Origin: Hyphomicrobiales bacterium
GTDB lineage: Bacteria > Pseudomonadota > Alphaproteobacteria > Rhizobiales > Devosiaceae
DNA: 64,000 nucleotides
Assembly (NCBI GenBank): GCA_027066315.1
Contig: JAMONZ010000094.1
Location: 2,342 to 66,341, forward strand
Direction: 5' to 3'
The notes beneath the pieces are model-generated. The model searched no databases, was not told the DNA's origin, and saw only the letters and a list, made by a program, of their open reading frames with translations. Positions within the stretch are counted from its first letter, which is position 1. Each line of letters opens with the position of its first letter. A program made the translations under genes and the position numbers. This document shows, one piece after another, positions 20,172 through 29,753 of the stretch.

Positions 20172-21215
20172 TTGGAGATAAAATTGATAAAATCTAGCAA
20201 GCAACTTGTGAAAGAAGCTAATAGTGAAATTAAGAGCATTAACATTAAGGAGGCAAAAAAATTACAACTCCAAGATGATGTAGTTTTTGTTGATTTAAGA
20301 GATATTCGTGAGCTTGAGTTTGAGGGGAAAATTTCAGGAGCAATTCATGCGCCACGGGGCATGTTAGAATTTTGGATAGATCCAGCTTCTCCCTATCATC
20401 GTAAAATTTTTGCTAGTAGTAAGCAATTTGTGTTTTTTTGTGCGGCGGGGTGGAGGTCTGCTTTGTCTACCAAGAAAGTGCAAGATATGGGATTAGAGAA
20501 TGTCTGCCATATTGATGGGGGATTTTCAGCTTGGAAGAAAGAGGGTGGTAAGATTGAAAAAAGTAATAATGATCCAAGCGATAAAGATTATGCAAAAATG
20601 GCAAAAGACGCATTAATTGACATTGGGCAAAAAAGACGGCTTGGTGAGCAGATAGCCTTTATTATGGAGATTGATAAGTTAAAAGAAATTTGGCGGCAAA
20701 CTCCGCTTTTAGATAATTCACGTAAAGAAAATGATGCCGAACATAGCTGGCAATTGGCCATGATGACTTTGATACTGGCCGATCATGCGCCAAAGGGAGC
20801 TGATATTTTGCGGGTGTTAAAAATGGTGCTTATTCATGATATTGTAGAAATTGATGCGGGGGATAATCCAGCTTATTCGAATGTGAGTAAAAGTGAGCAG
20901 CATGCAGATGAAGTAAAAGCGGCGGAGCGTTTGTTTGGCTTATTGCCTGATGATTTAGCAAAAGAGTTTCGCCTTTTATGGGACGAATTTGAGCAGATGA
21001 AAACGCCTGATGCTTTATTTGCTCGTGCTATGGATCGTTTGCAGCCGTTTTTACATAATTATTTTACTGATGGGCAGATGTGGTTGCGCCATGATATTTC
21101 TGCCAAACAAGTGATAAAGCGTATGGAAATAGTAAAACAGGGTGCGCCACTTTTATATGTTTTAATAAATGAGATGACAAAAGACGCTATAGATAAGGGG
21201 TATTTACTCCCCTAA
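20172..21215 (+). CDS. rhodanese domain / HD-domain (YfbR-like) fusion protein
   Basis: The N-terminal ~125 aa are a single rhodanese domain with the active-site loop CAAGWRS. The C-terminal ~200 aa carry HD motifs (NDAEHSWQLA, LIHDIVEIDAGD). No in-frame ATG near the N-terminus; a TTG start is used. Confidence 0.7.
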   Translation: MEIKLIKSSKQLVKEANSEIKSINIKEAKKLQLQDDVVFVDLRDIRELEFEGKISGAIHAPRGMLEFWIDPASPYHRKIFASSKQFVFFCAAGWRSALSTKKVQDMGLENVCHIDGGFSAWKKEGGKIEKSNNDPSDKDYAKMAKDALIDIGQKRRLGEQIAFIMEIDKLKEIWRQTPLLDNSRKENDAEHSWQLAMMTLILADHAPKGADILRVLKMVLIHDIVEIDAGDNPAYSNVSKSEQHADEVKAAERLFGLLPDDLAKEFRLLWDEFEQMKTPDALFARAMDRLQPFLHNYFTDGQMWLRHDISAKQVIKRMEIVKQGAPLLYVLINEMTKDAIDKGYLLP

Positions 21216-21393
21216 TAAGATTTATCTTTGTTGACCAAATTATCATTATTGCCTACAAAGAGGTTTATGCAACGTTCCGTTTAGGAGCTGAAAATAGTCT
21301 GGTGCAGTTGACCCAAATCGGGGACTAAGTCCAGAGTTGTTTGTCGGTTTATAGGAATTGTTGCCTTTTTATTTAAACTTAAAAGAGGTAAAC

Positions 21394-21594
21394 ATGAAAA
21401 ATCTAATCACTATTATTATAAGTTCAATTTTTGCAATCCTGCCAATAGCGTCTTTCGCTCATGTTGGACATGTTGAGCCAATGGCGGGTCATGCTCATAA
21501 TTTATCTGAGCTTGTTTTGCTTTCAAGTATTCCTGCAATTGCAATTGTTGCAATTGTTGCATTGTTAATTGTGCGCTCTAAAAACAATGGTTAA
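21394..21594 (+). CDS. small His-rich bitopic membrane protein (66 aa), possible metal-handling partner of CbiX
   Basis: The ATG at 21394 follows AGAGG. Has a signal/TM segment, then HVGHVEPMAGHAHN, then a second TM segment. Its stop (21592-21594) overlaps the cbiX ATG at 21587. Confidence 0.55.
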   Translation: MKNLITIIISSIFAILPIASFAHVGHVEPMAGHAHNLSELVLLSSIPAIAIVAIVALLIVRSKNNG

Positions 21595-22687
21595 AAAAAT
21601 TACCCTGCCTCCTAATACTGGAGTGATGTTGTGTGGGCATGGCTCACGCAATAAATTAGCCGTTGATGAATTTGCAAATCTTGCTAAACGATTGCAAAAT
21701 CTTTTGCCAAATGTGCCTGTTGAATATGGCTATTTGGAATTTGCAAACCCTGTAATTCATCTTGGCTTAGATAAATTGCGCCAACAGGGGGTGAAAAATG
21801 TGCTGGCAATTCCAGGTATGTTATTTGCAGCTGGGCATGCAAAAAATGACATTCCGTCGGTGTTAAATACATATGCTGCTAAACATGATGATTTTAGCAT
21901 TACCTATGGGCGTGAGCTTGGTATTGATTTAAAAATGATGCGGGCGGCTGGAGATAGGATAAAATCAGCGCATGATGAAGCAAATGAAAAATTGGCTAAA
22001 AAAATATCGGCTCATGATAGCATGCTTATGCTTGTTGGGCGTGGCTCTTCTGATGTTGATGCTAACTCTAATGTCACTAAAGTAATGCGTAACCTTTGGG
22101 AGGGTCTGGGGTTTGGCTGGGGTGAAACAGCTTATTCTGGTGTGACTTTTCCGCTGGTTTCTCCTGCGCTTGATAGGGCAGTTAGGCTTGGCTTTAAGCG
22201 AATTATCATCTTTCCTTATTTTCTTTTCACCGGAGTTTTAGTGAAGCGAATTTATGCTGCAGTTGATGAGGCGGCTAAAAAATATCCTGAAATTGAATTT
22301 GTAAAAGCCCCCTATTTAAGTGACCATGATTTGGTGCTTGAAACATTTATTGAGCGGATTGATGAAATACTGCACGGACAGAATTTGATGAATTGCTCAC
22401 TTTGTAAATATCGTGAGCAGGTCTTGGGTTTTGAAGATGAGGTGGGGGCAAAACAAGAAAGTCACCATCATCATGTTGAGGGAATTGGTGGTGGATTGGA
22501 AAATTGTCCATGTAAAGGTGATTGCGATGCATCTTGCCGTGATGAAGAATTTTGTAAAAAACATAATTTACCTTTCACGCCATTGCACTCTCATGACCAC
22601 GGCCATGAGCATTCGCACGATCACCACCACCCAATTTATCCGCATGCAGACCACCCCTTAGGGCCTGTTACGTTGAAAAAGAAATAG
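21587..22687 (+). CDS. cbiX: sirohydrochlorin cobaltochelatase, long form (CbiX-L) with Cys/His-rich C-terminus
   Basis: Duplicated CbiX halves (LCGHGSR, LVGRGSSD), an MNCSLC Fe-S-like motif, and a tail CPCKGDCDASC...HSHDHGHEHSHDHHHP. Confidence 0.8.
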   Translation: MVKKITLPPNTGVMLCGHGSRNKLAVDEFANLAKRLQNLLPNVPVEYGYLEFANPVIHLGLDKLRQQGVKNVLAIPGMLFAAGHAKNDIPSVLNTYAAKHDDFSITYGRELGIDLKMMRAAGDRIKSAHDEANEKLAKKISAHDSMLMLVGRGSSDVDANSNVTKVMRNLWEGLGFGWGETAYSGVTFPLVSPALDRAVRLGFKRIIIFPYFLFTGVLVKRIYAAVDEAAKKYPEIEFVKAPYLSDHDLVLETFIERIDEILHGQNLMNCSLCKYREQVLGFEDEVGAKQESHHHHVEGIGGGLENCPCKGDCDASCRDEEFCKKHNLPFTPLHSHDHGHEHSHDHHHPIYPHADHPLGPVTLKKK

Positions 22688-22691
22688 GTGT

Positions 22692-23318
22692 ATGGATTAT
22701 CTAAAAGATCCAAAGGCGATATATGAAAAAAGTTTTGCAAGCATAAATAGCGAAGCAGATTTATCTCGTTTTTCATTCGATGAGCGTGAGATTGTTATTC
22801 GGCTTATTCATAGTTGCGGCATGGTGGATATTGTTGATGATTTGGTTTTTTCAAGCGGGGCGGCCAAAATTGGCAAAAATGCACTTAAGAATGGTGCGCC
22901 AATAATTGTGGATGTGAACATGGTTGCTAAGGGCATTATTGCTCGTAAATTACCTGCTGATAATGAGGTGATTTGTGGGCTTGATGAAAAGGCTGCTTAT
23001 ACATTTGCAAAGGAAAATTCTTGCACTAGAACTGCTGGAGGGATTGAGGCAGTTCGTCATAGATTAGGTGGGGCGGTTGTGGCAATTGGTAATGCCCCAA
23101 CGGCGGTTTTTCACTTGCTTGAGATGATTGAAAAAGGTCTTGTAATGCCTGCTCTTATTTTGGGTTTTCCTGTTGGTTTTGTTGGGGCAGTAGAGAGCAA
23201 ACAAGCCTTGATTGATAACAGGCTTGATATTGCTTTCATCACTTTAAAAGGGCGGCGAGGGGGGTCGGCTTTTGCGGCTTCTGCCCTTAACGCTCTGGCG
23301 GCTGGGCTAGAAACATGA
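22692..23318 (+). CDS. cobH: precorrin-8X methylmutase (CobH/CbiC)
   Basis: 208 aa with IRLIHSCGM...IIVDVNMVAKGI, typical of CobH. Confidence 0.9.
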   Translation: MDYLKDPKAIYEKSFASINSEADLSRFSFDEREIVIRLIHSCGMVDIVDDLVFSSGAAKIGKNALKNGAPIIVDVNMVAKGIIARKLPADNEVICGLDEKAAYTFAKENSCTRTAGGIEAVRHRLGGAVVAIGNAPTAVFHLLEMIEKGLVMPALILGFPVGFVGAVESKQALIDNRLDIAFITLKGRRGGSAFAASALNALAAGLET

Positions 23319-24535
23319 GTAAGGTTTGGCTGCATATTATTGGTATGAGTGAGGGTGGTTTTGATGATATTTCAAGCACATCGCAAGTTCTAATAAAAAG
23401 TGCAAAAATTATAATTGGCTCAAAGCGGTTATTGCAAGAATTACCAAATAAAAATGCTCAAAATTTGATGGAATGGAAAACCCCATTTAAAGCTATGATT
23501 GAGCAGATTTTAGCACTTAGAGGAAGCGAGGTAGTTATTTTAGCAAGCGGTGATGGCAATTGGTTTGGCATTGGAGCTAGCATGTTAAATTATTTAGATG
23601 AGGGCGAATTTATCTCTATCCCTGCGGTTTCTAGTCTTCAATTAGCGGCAAGTAAAATGCACTGGCCGATACAAGGTGTTGATTGTATTTCTTTGCATGG
23701 TAGAGCAGTTGAAAACCTTTCCCTTTATCTCTCTCCAAATAATAAAATTCTAGCACTTACCACTAATGCAAATACTCTTGATGAAGTGGCCCTGTTGCTT
23801 GACAAAAATAACTATTCAAATAGTAAAATAACGGTGCTTGAAAACCTTGGGTCAGACGATGAGCAAGTGTTTAGTTTTGAAGCAAATAATTCTTTTAAGC
23901 AGAAAATTGGTGATTTTTTTACTTTAGCAATTGAATGTGTATCCGATTTAAATACACCGCTTTTAACTCGTACATCTGGCTTGCCAGATGAGGCGTTTAT
24001 ATCGGACGGTCAGCTTACAAAGTGTGAAGTGCGTGCGATAACGCTAGCAAAATTAATGCCGTATAAAAATGCGCTTTTATGGGATATTGGAGCGGGGAGC
24101 GGCTCAATTGGAATTGAGTGGATGCGTGCAGCACAGGGTGCAAAAGCTATTTGCTTTGAGCGAAATAAAAATCGAATTGAAATGATTAAACAAAATAGTT
24201 TTTTACTTGGCACGCCAGCTCTAAAAACCATTGTTGGAGAGGCGATTGCGCAGATAAAAACCCAGCCTATTCCGGATGCAATTTTTATTGGAGCAGATGT
24301 TGCAAATGATGAAACATTTGAGGCGTGTTTTAAAGCGTTAAAAATTGGTGGGAGAATGGTTATAAATGCGGTAACGCTTGAGGGTGAAAAATCATTATTT
24401 GAGCGGCATGAAAAATTGGGCGGTGAATTATCCAAAATAGATATTTCAAGGGTAAAGCAGGTTGGTCGATATAGAGTTTTTGAGCCTAAAAAACCAGTGA
24501 CGCAATGGCTGATAATTAAGGAAGAAAAACAATGA
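23315..24535 (+). CDS. cobL: precorrin-6Y C5,15-methyltransferase (decarboxylating), CbiE/CbiT fusion
   Basis: N-terminal tetrapyrrole-methylase half plus a C-terminal SAM-MTase half (LWDIGAGSGSIGIEW). Confidence 0.9.
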   Translation: MSKVWLHIIGMSEGGFDDISSTSQVLIKSAKIIIGSKRLLQELPNKNAQNLMEWKTPFKAMIEQILALRGSEVVILASGDGNWFGIGASMLNYLDEGEFISIPAVSSLQLAASKMHWPIQGVDCISLHGRAVENLSLYLSPNNKILALTTNANTLDEVALLLDKNNYSNSKITVLENLGSDDEQVFSFEANNSFKQKIGDFFTLAIECVSDLNTPLLTRTSGLPDEAFISDGQLTKCEVRAITLAKLMPYKNALLWDIGAGSGSIGIEWMRAAQGAKAICFERNKNRIEMIKQNSFLLGTPALKTIVGEAIAQIKTQPIPDAIFIGADVANDETFEACFKALKIGGRMVINAVTLEGEKSLFERHEKLGGELSKIDISRVKQVGRYRVFEPKKPVTQWLIIKEEKQ

Positions 24536-25230
24536 GTGGTGGTTTATATCTCATTGGGGTTGGGCCGGGTGATCCTGAATTATTGACCTTAAAAGCTGTG
24601 CGTGTTTTGGGTGAAATAGAGAATGTTTTTTATATTAAAAAACCAAAAGGCAATGCATTTGCCTATGGAATTGCAAAAAATCATATCAATGAAAATGCTT
24701 GCCTTATGGCTTTTGATATGGAGATGGAAAATGAGCGTTTTAGGGCTAATAAAACTTATGATGAAATTGCGAGAGAGATTTTACTTCATTTAGAAAAGGG
24801 GCAAAATGTTGCTTATATTTGCGAGGGTGATGGGCTTTTTTATGGCTCTGCTAATTACCTCATAAAGCGCATGCCGCAACATATAAAGGTTGAAATAATT
24901 GCTGGAATTACTTCACCACAAGCTGCTTCTGCTGCTCTTAAACGCCCGCTTATTATGGGGAATGAGGTTTTTAAAACCCTGCCTGCAATACTTGATGATG
25001 AGGCTTTGTTAAGTGAATTACAAAGTGCAAAAAGCGTGGCTATTTTAAAGGTTGGGCGGCATATTCAAAGAATTAAAAACTTGCTTGAAAAAACTAATTA
25101 TTTAGAGAATGCAAAAATTGTTGAATATGCTTCAAGTGAGAAAGAGCGTGTTTCTGATTTAAGAGATTTTGAAGGTGATAGTTTGCCCTATTTTGCAATT
25201 ATTCTAAGTCGACGGAGTAAGAAAAAGTGA
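24532..25230 (+). CDS. cobI: precorrin-2 C20-methyltransferase
   Basis: LYLIGVGPGDPELLTLKA N-terminus and 232 aa. Lies between cobL and cobJ. Confidence 0.88.
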   Translation: MSGGLYLIGVGPGDPELLTLKAVRVLGEIENVFYIKKPKGNAFAYGIAKNHINENACLMAFDMEMENERFRANKTYDEIAREILLHLEKGQNVAYICEGDGLFYGSANYLIKRMPQHIKVEIIAGITSPQAASAALKRPLIMGNEVFKTLPAILDDEALLSELQSAKSVAILKVGRHIQRIKNLLEKTNYLENAKIVEYASSEKERVSDLRDFEGDSLPYFAIILSRRSKKK

Positions 25231-26993
25231 AGTTTGCAATAGTTTATTTTAATAAAGCAGCAGAAAAAATAGCTAAAAAAATAGCTAAAAAGATGGAAGG
25301 TGAAATATATTTTTCACCCTCTAAAGAAACCATGCAAAAATTATTCAAACAAGGCACGGCAATTATTGGAATTTGTGCAAGTGGGATTTTAATTAGGTTT
25401 TTAGCGACATTTTTAAATGATAAACAAAATGAGCCGCCCGTTATTGCAGTTTCAAATGATGGGGCGCATGTTGTGCCGCTTTTGGGCGGGCATCATGGGG
25501 CAAATGATTTGGCGCAAGAAATTGCAGATTTGTTTGCTGGGCAAGCAGCGATTACTACTGCTTCTAATGCGCAATTTTCATGTGCATTAGATGAGCCACC
25601 AATGGGTTATGTTATGGCTGATGTTGCCTTGGCTAAAAAGGCAATGGTGGCTGTGCTTAATGGTGAGGGGATTTTGCTTGATGGCAAAGCTGATTGGTTT
25701 AAAAATGCTGGCTACGAAGTTCTAGAGAATGCTTCTGAACTTGTTGATAGAAAAGGGGTTGTGAAAATTGCAATTAGTGAAAAAACTTCTGATAAAAACA
25801 CCCTAACCTATCACCCAAAAACTTTAATCATTGGTGTTGGGTGTGAGAGGTATTTGCCTGCAAATGAGTTGATTGAACTAGTTGAAAAAGTAATTAAAGA
25901 GAATAAATTTGCTCCGCATTCAATTGCGGCAATTGCTAGCATTGATGTGAAAGCAGATGAAAAAGCAGTGAATGAGTTAGCTGCATATTATGGCGTGCCG
26001 TTACGTTTATTTTCTGCTGCGAAATTAGCAAATGAAAATACCCCAAACCCTTCAGAAATTGTGCGCCAAGAAGTTGGCACGCCAAGCGTGGCCGAAGCAT
26101 GCGCAATAAAAGCAGGTGAGTTAATTGTTGAAAAGCAAAAATCAAAGCGGGCAACTTGCGCTATTGGCAGGGCAGTTAAGCCAATTGATGTTGAAAAGTT
26201 TGGCATGGCTAGGGGGCAATTGCATATTGTTGGGATAGGGCCGGGGGAAGAAGAGCAGCGCACAATATCAGTAATTAAAGCCTTAAAAAATTCTAGTGAT
26301 TGGGTTGGCTATGGTTTTTATCTTGACTTGGTTGCAAACTTAAAACTTGAACAGATTGAGCATCGTTTTCCTCTTGGAGATGAAGAAAAACGAGTAAGGC
26401 ATGCGCTAGAATTGGCAGCAAGTGGCAAAAATGTTTCGCTAATCTGCTCAGGTGATGGGCAAATTTATGCAATGGCGGCTTTGGTTTTTGAGTTATTAGA
26501 CGCAAGAGGAAAGCGGGCACTAAGTGAAAATGCAAAAAGAGTAGAGGTGGTATCGCATAGTGGAATTTCGGCTTTGCAAATGGCTTCAAGTAGAGTTGGG
26601 GCAATTTTGGGGCATGATTTTTGCGCAATATCTTTAAGCGACTTACTAACCCCAAAAGAGGCAATAATCTCTAGGCTTGAAGCGGCGGCAATGGGTGACT
26701 TTGTAACAGCTTTTTATAATCCTCGCTCAAAAACTCGCACTGATTTATTAGATAAAGCAAAAGAAATATTTTTAAAATTTCGCTCCCCTAACACACCAAT
26801 AATCATTGCTCGCTCGCTTGGTCGGAAAGATGAGAAAGTTAGGATTATTACCCTTGGTGAGTTTGATACAAGCGAGGTTGATATGATGTGCATTGTGTTG
26901 TTCGGCTCATCAAATTCAAAAAGTTTTAAACGTGGTGATGGCAAGCAAGTCGTGTTTACGCCACGTGGGTATGATAAGAAAGTTAGTCAATGA
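25227..26993 (+). CDS. cobJ: bifunctional CbiG (cobalt-precorrin-5A hydrolase) / CobJ-CbiH (precorrin-3B C17-methyltransferase)
   Basis: The N-terminal ~330 aa are CbiG-like (VVPLLGGHHGAN; IASIDVKADE). The C-terminal ~250 aa form a methylase domain (LHIVGIGPGEEEQRT). GTG start overlaps the cobI stop. Confidence 0.85.
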   Translation: MKFAIVYFNKAAEKIAKKIAKKMEGEIYFSPSKETMQKLFKQGTAIIGICASGILIRFLATFLNDKQNEPPVIAVSNDGAHVVPLLGGHHGANDLAQEIADLFAGQAAITTASNAQFSCALDEPPMGYVMADVALAKKAMVAVLNGEGILLDGKADWFKNAGYEVLENASELVDRKGVVKIAISEKTSDKNTLTYHPKTLIIGVGCERYLPANELIELVEKVIKENKFAPHSIAAIASIDVKADEKAVNELAAYYGVPLRLFSAAKLANENTPNPSEIVRQEVGTPSVAEACAIKAGELIVEKQKSKRATCAIGRAVKPIDVEKFGMARGQLHIVGIGPGEEEQRTISVIKALKNSSDWVGYGFYLDLVANLKLEQIEHRFPLGDEEKRVRHALELAASGKNVSLICSGDGQIYAMAALVFELLDARGKRALSENAKRVEVVSHSGISALQMASSRVGAILGHDFCAISLSDLLTPKEAIISRLEAAAMGDFVTAFYNPRSKTRTDLLDKAKEIFLKFRSPNTPIIIARSLGRKDEKVRIITLGEFDTSEVDMMCIVLFGSSNSKSFKRGDGKQVVFTPRGYDKKVSQ

Positions 26994-27024
26994 TGTATAT
27001 TAGTCGCTATGGGCAGGTTTTTTT

Positions 27025-27088
27025 GAAGCGAGGTAAAAGATTCTTTTGCTCAGTGCTTGAGATTCTTCACTTCGTTCAGGATGACAGG
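27025..27088. repeat. REP/MITE-like element, copy B (cobJ-cobM intergenic), with an internal AGATTCTT duplication
   Basis: GAAGCGAGGTAAAAGATTCTTTTGCTCAGTGCTTGAGATTCTTCACTTCGTTCAGGATGACAGG. The 3' half aligns with copies A and C. Confidence 0.55.
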
Positions 27089-27096
27089 TGGGTAAT

Positions 27097-27870
27097 ATGA
27101 AGGTTTACTTTATTGGGGCAGGGCCGGGAGCGGCGGATTTAATCACGGTTCGTGGACAGAGATTGATAAAAAATTGCCCCGTTTGTCTTTATGCTGGCTC
27201 GCTTGTGCCGAGCGAATTAGTTGAGATTGCTCCTAAAGATGCAACTGTAATTGATAGTGCGCCGTTGAACTTAGATGAGATAATTGAGGTAATGAAAACC
27301 GCCAATAATCAAGGGCAAGATGTTGCAAGAGTTCACTCGGGTGATCCATCAATTTATGGTGCGGTTGGCGAACAAATGCGCCGCTTAAAAGAGCTAGATA
27401 TTGAATATGAGATTGTCCCAGGTGTGCCAGCTTTTGCAGGAGCGGCGGCGGCTATTGGCACCGAATTGACCTTGCCAAACATAACTCAAACCATAATAAT
27501 AACTCGCACATCTGGCAAGGCCTCTTCTATGCCAGATGAGGAAAATCTTGAAAAACTAGGGGCAATAAAGGCGACTTTGGCCATTCATCTCTCGATAAGG
27601 AATTTAACTTATGTTCAGGAAAGTTTAAGCCCCTATTATGGTGAAAACTGCCCAGTGGTTGTCATTTATCGAGCTACATGGAGGGATCAAAAAATCATTC
27701 GAACTAATCTAGCAAATATGAAGGCTGATGTTAGGGCAGCAAAAATTACTCGAACGGCAATGATTTTTGTAGGTGAGGTTTTTGGCCAAAAAGATTTTGC
27801 AAATTCGTCTCTTTATGCGGCGGATTTTGCCCATGTTTTGCGCAATAAGGGTAAGAAGAAAAGCCGTTAG
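27097..27870 (+). CDS. cobM: precorrin-4 C11-methyltransferase
   Basis: MKVYFIGAGPGAADLITVRG N-terminus. The ATG at 27097 is preferred over the upstream GTG, which lies inside the repeat. Confidence 0.9.
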   Translation: MKVYFIGAGPGAADLITVRGQRLIKNCPVCLYAGSLVPSELVEIAPKDATVIDSAPLNLDEIIEVMKTANNQGQDVARVHSGDPSIYGAVGEQMRRLKELDIEYEIVPGVPAFAGAAAAIGTELTLPNITQTIIITRTSGKASSMPDEENLEKLGAIKATLAIHLSIRNLTYVQESLSPYYGENCPVVVIYRATWRDQKIIRTNLANMKADVRAAKITRTAMIFVGEVFGQKDFANSSLYAADFAHVLRNKGKKKSR

Positions 27871-28586
27871 ATTTGTGCCATAAGAGCCTTGATTGAGAAA
27901 AATTCTGTGGCGGGTTTTAATTTTGGTCTTGTTATCATAAAAACCTTTATTCCAAGTTCTGCACTGGCAATGATTTTTGCTTTTGTCTGATCTGAGCCAG
28001 AATTTTTTGATATTAGGTGAGTGATTTCATGTTTTTTAAATAATGCTTTTTCGCTTTGAACGTCATAAGGAGGAGTAGAGATTATTTGTTTGGTATTTTT
28101 AGATAAGGCAATTTTTGCTGGCTCAATTAGACGAATAAAAAAATCAACATCATGTCTGTTTTTTATTATATTTAATTCTTTATGACCGGTGCTTAAAAAT
28201 ACCTTTGCCATAGGGGGAAGGTTGTTAATTGCCTCTAATAAAGAAGATGTTTCATACCAAATTGTATCTTTTGGTTTTTGCCAAATTGGGCGGTTAAAAC
28301 GTAGCAGTTTTTTATCTGCTAATTTTGCTGCCTCAACCAGTTGGTTTGAAATATTTTGCGCATAGGGGTGGGTGGCATCAATTATATAGTCAAAATTATT
28401 TTCTACAAAAAAAGTAAAAAGATTGTCTATGCCGCCAAATCCACCAATGTGAATTTTGCCATATTCAGGGAGTTTGGGTTTGGTAGTTCTTCCTGCAAGT
28501 GATGTGGTGATATTATGCCCGCCCTCTCCAAGAATATTAGCAATTTTGCGCCCCTCCATAGTGCCACCAAAAATAAGAATTTTCAT
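27867..28586 (-). CDS. cobK: precorrin-6A reductase (CobK/CbiJ)
   Basis: MKILIFGGTMEGR N-terminus and 239 aa. Convergent with cobM, overlapping it by 4 nt. Confidence 0.88.
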   Translation of the reverse strand: MKILIFGGTMEGRKIANILGEGGHNITTSLAGRTTKPKLPEYGKIHIGGFGGIDNLFTFFVENNFDYIIDATHPYAQNISNQLVEAAKLADKKLLRFNRPIWQKPKDTIWYETSSLLEAINNLPPMAKVFLSTGHKELNIIKNRHDVDFFIRLIEPAKIALSKNTKQIISTPPYDVQSEKALFKKHEITHLISKNSGSDQTKAKIIASAELGIKVFMITRPKLKPATEFFSIKALMAQI

Positions 28587-28601
28587 AAAATTTCACCCAA
28601 T

Positions 28602-29705
28602 TTAATCTGTGCCAGCAATAATATTACCAGAGCGATTGATAATAATAATATCAAACTGAATATCATCGTTTTTAAGAATTTTTTTGCTCTTTTGTTTGGC
28701 TTGTATGGCTATTATATCTGCCAGTGGAAGTTTGTTTTTTGTAGCTATTTCAAGCACCTCATTTGCTGTATTTGCAGTTTTGGTTTGCTCAATTATATCT
28801 TGCCCTGCTCCAAGTTTTTTAAGCTCATTTGCTAGCATTAAAAAATCAACTTTTGAGCGAGCAGAATGAAGGTCAGATGCGCCTTGGGATAATTTTGTAA
28901 TTTTTGCAAACCCGCCGCTAATGGTAATTTTTTTTAGTGGTTTTTTGTTGGCATATTTTAGCAATCCGCCAACAAAATCTCCCATATCGATATAGGCTAA
29001 ATCATCAAGTCCAAGATATTTTTTTACTGCTTGTTCTGATTTATCTCCCGTTGATCCAATGATATGATTTTGGCCATTTGCAATTGCTATATCAATGCCT
29101 GAGTGAATTGAGTTGATCCAAGCCGAGCAGGAATAGGGAATAACAATTCCGCTAGTGCCAAGAATAGAAATCCCGCCAATTATCCCAAGCCTAGGATTCC
29201 ATGTTTTTTTGGCAATTTTTTTACCGTTTAAAACAGAGATTTTGATAGAAAAATCAGGTGCAATGTTAGCTTGTTTGCTTAATTCATTGACTATTTTTGT
29301 CATCATTTGGCGTGGGGCGGGGTTAATTGCAGGTTCGCCAATACCAAGCGCAAGCCCTGCTTTTGTAATTATACCAACGCCTTTGCCTGCACAAAAAACA
29401 ACACCCTTGTCTTTTTCCCCGTGGCTAATTTTAACAATGATTGTTGCGCCATGGGTTACATCTGGGTCGTCCCCTGCGTCTTTTATTATGGCCGCTTTTG
29501 CCCAGCCAGTTCCAGTTTTTTTACTTTGTAAAGGAAAGCTAGGTTTTTGACCTTTTGGCAAAGTTATTTGAACAGGATTAAGAAAATCACCAAAAAGCAA
29601 AGCATTTAGTGCCGACTTGGTAGCCGCCGTGGCGCAAGCCCCAGTTGTAAAGCCTCTCCTAAGGGTTTTTTTATGTGCAGTGCTTTTTTTGGCTTTGTCA
29701 TTCAT
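28602..29705 (-). CDS. cbiD: cobalt-precorrin-5B (C1)-methyltransferase CbiD
   Basis: LRRGFTTGACATAA motif and 367 aa. Confidence 0.9.
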   Translation of the reverse strand: MNDKAKKSTAHKKTLRRGFTTGACATAATKSALNALLFGDFLNPVQITLPKGQKPSFPLQSKKTGTGWAKAAIIKDAGDDPDVTHGATIIVKISHGEKDKGVVFCAGKGVGIITKAGLALGIGEPAINPAPRQMMTKIVNELSKQANIAPDFSIKISVLNGKKIAKKTWNPRLGIIGGISILGTSGIVIPYSCSAWINSIHSGIDIAIANGQNHIIGSTGDKSEQAVKKYLGLDDLAYIDMGDFVGGLLKYANKKPLKKITISGGFAKITKLSQGASDLHSARSKVDFLMLANELKKLGAGQDIIEQTKTANTANEVLEIATKNKLPLADIIAIQAKQKSKKILKNDDIQFDIIIINRSGNIIAGTD

Positions 29706-29753
29706 GGCATTATTTATATAGTTAAATGCATTAAAAACAAAAAGGTAATTTAA

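Noticed and set aside
21216-21393. A second canonical cobalamin riboswitch ahead of cbiX.
   Set aside because: No GCCACTG, no GGGAAG core and no B12-box AGTCAGGAGACCTGCC-like element. Kept only as an unknown leader in the findings.
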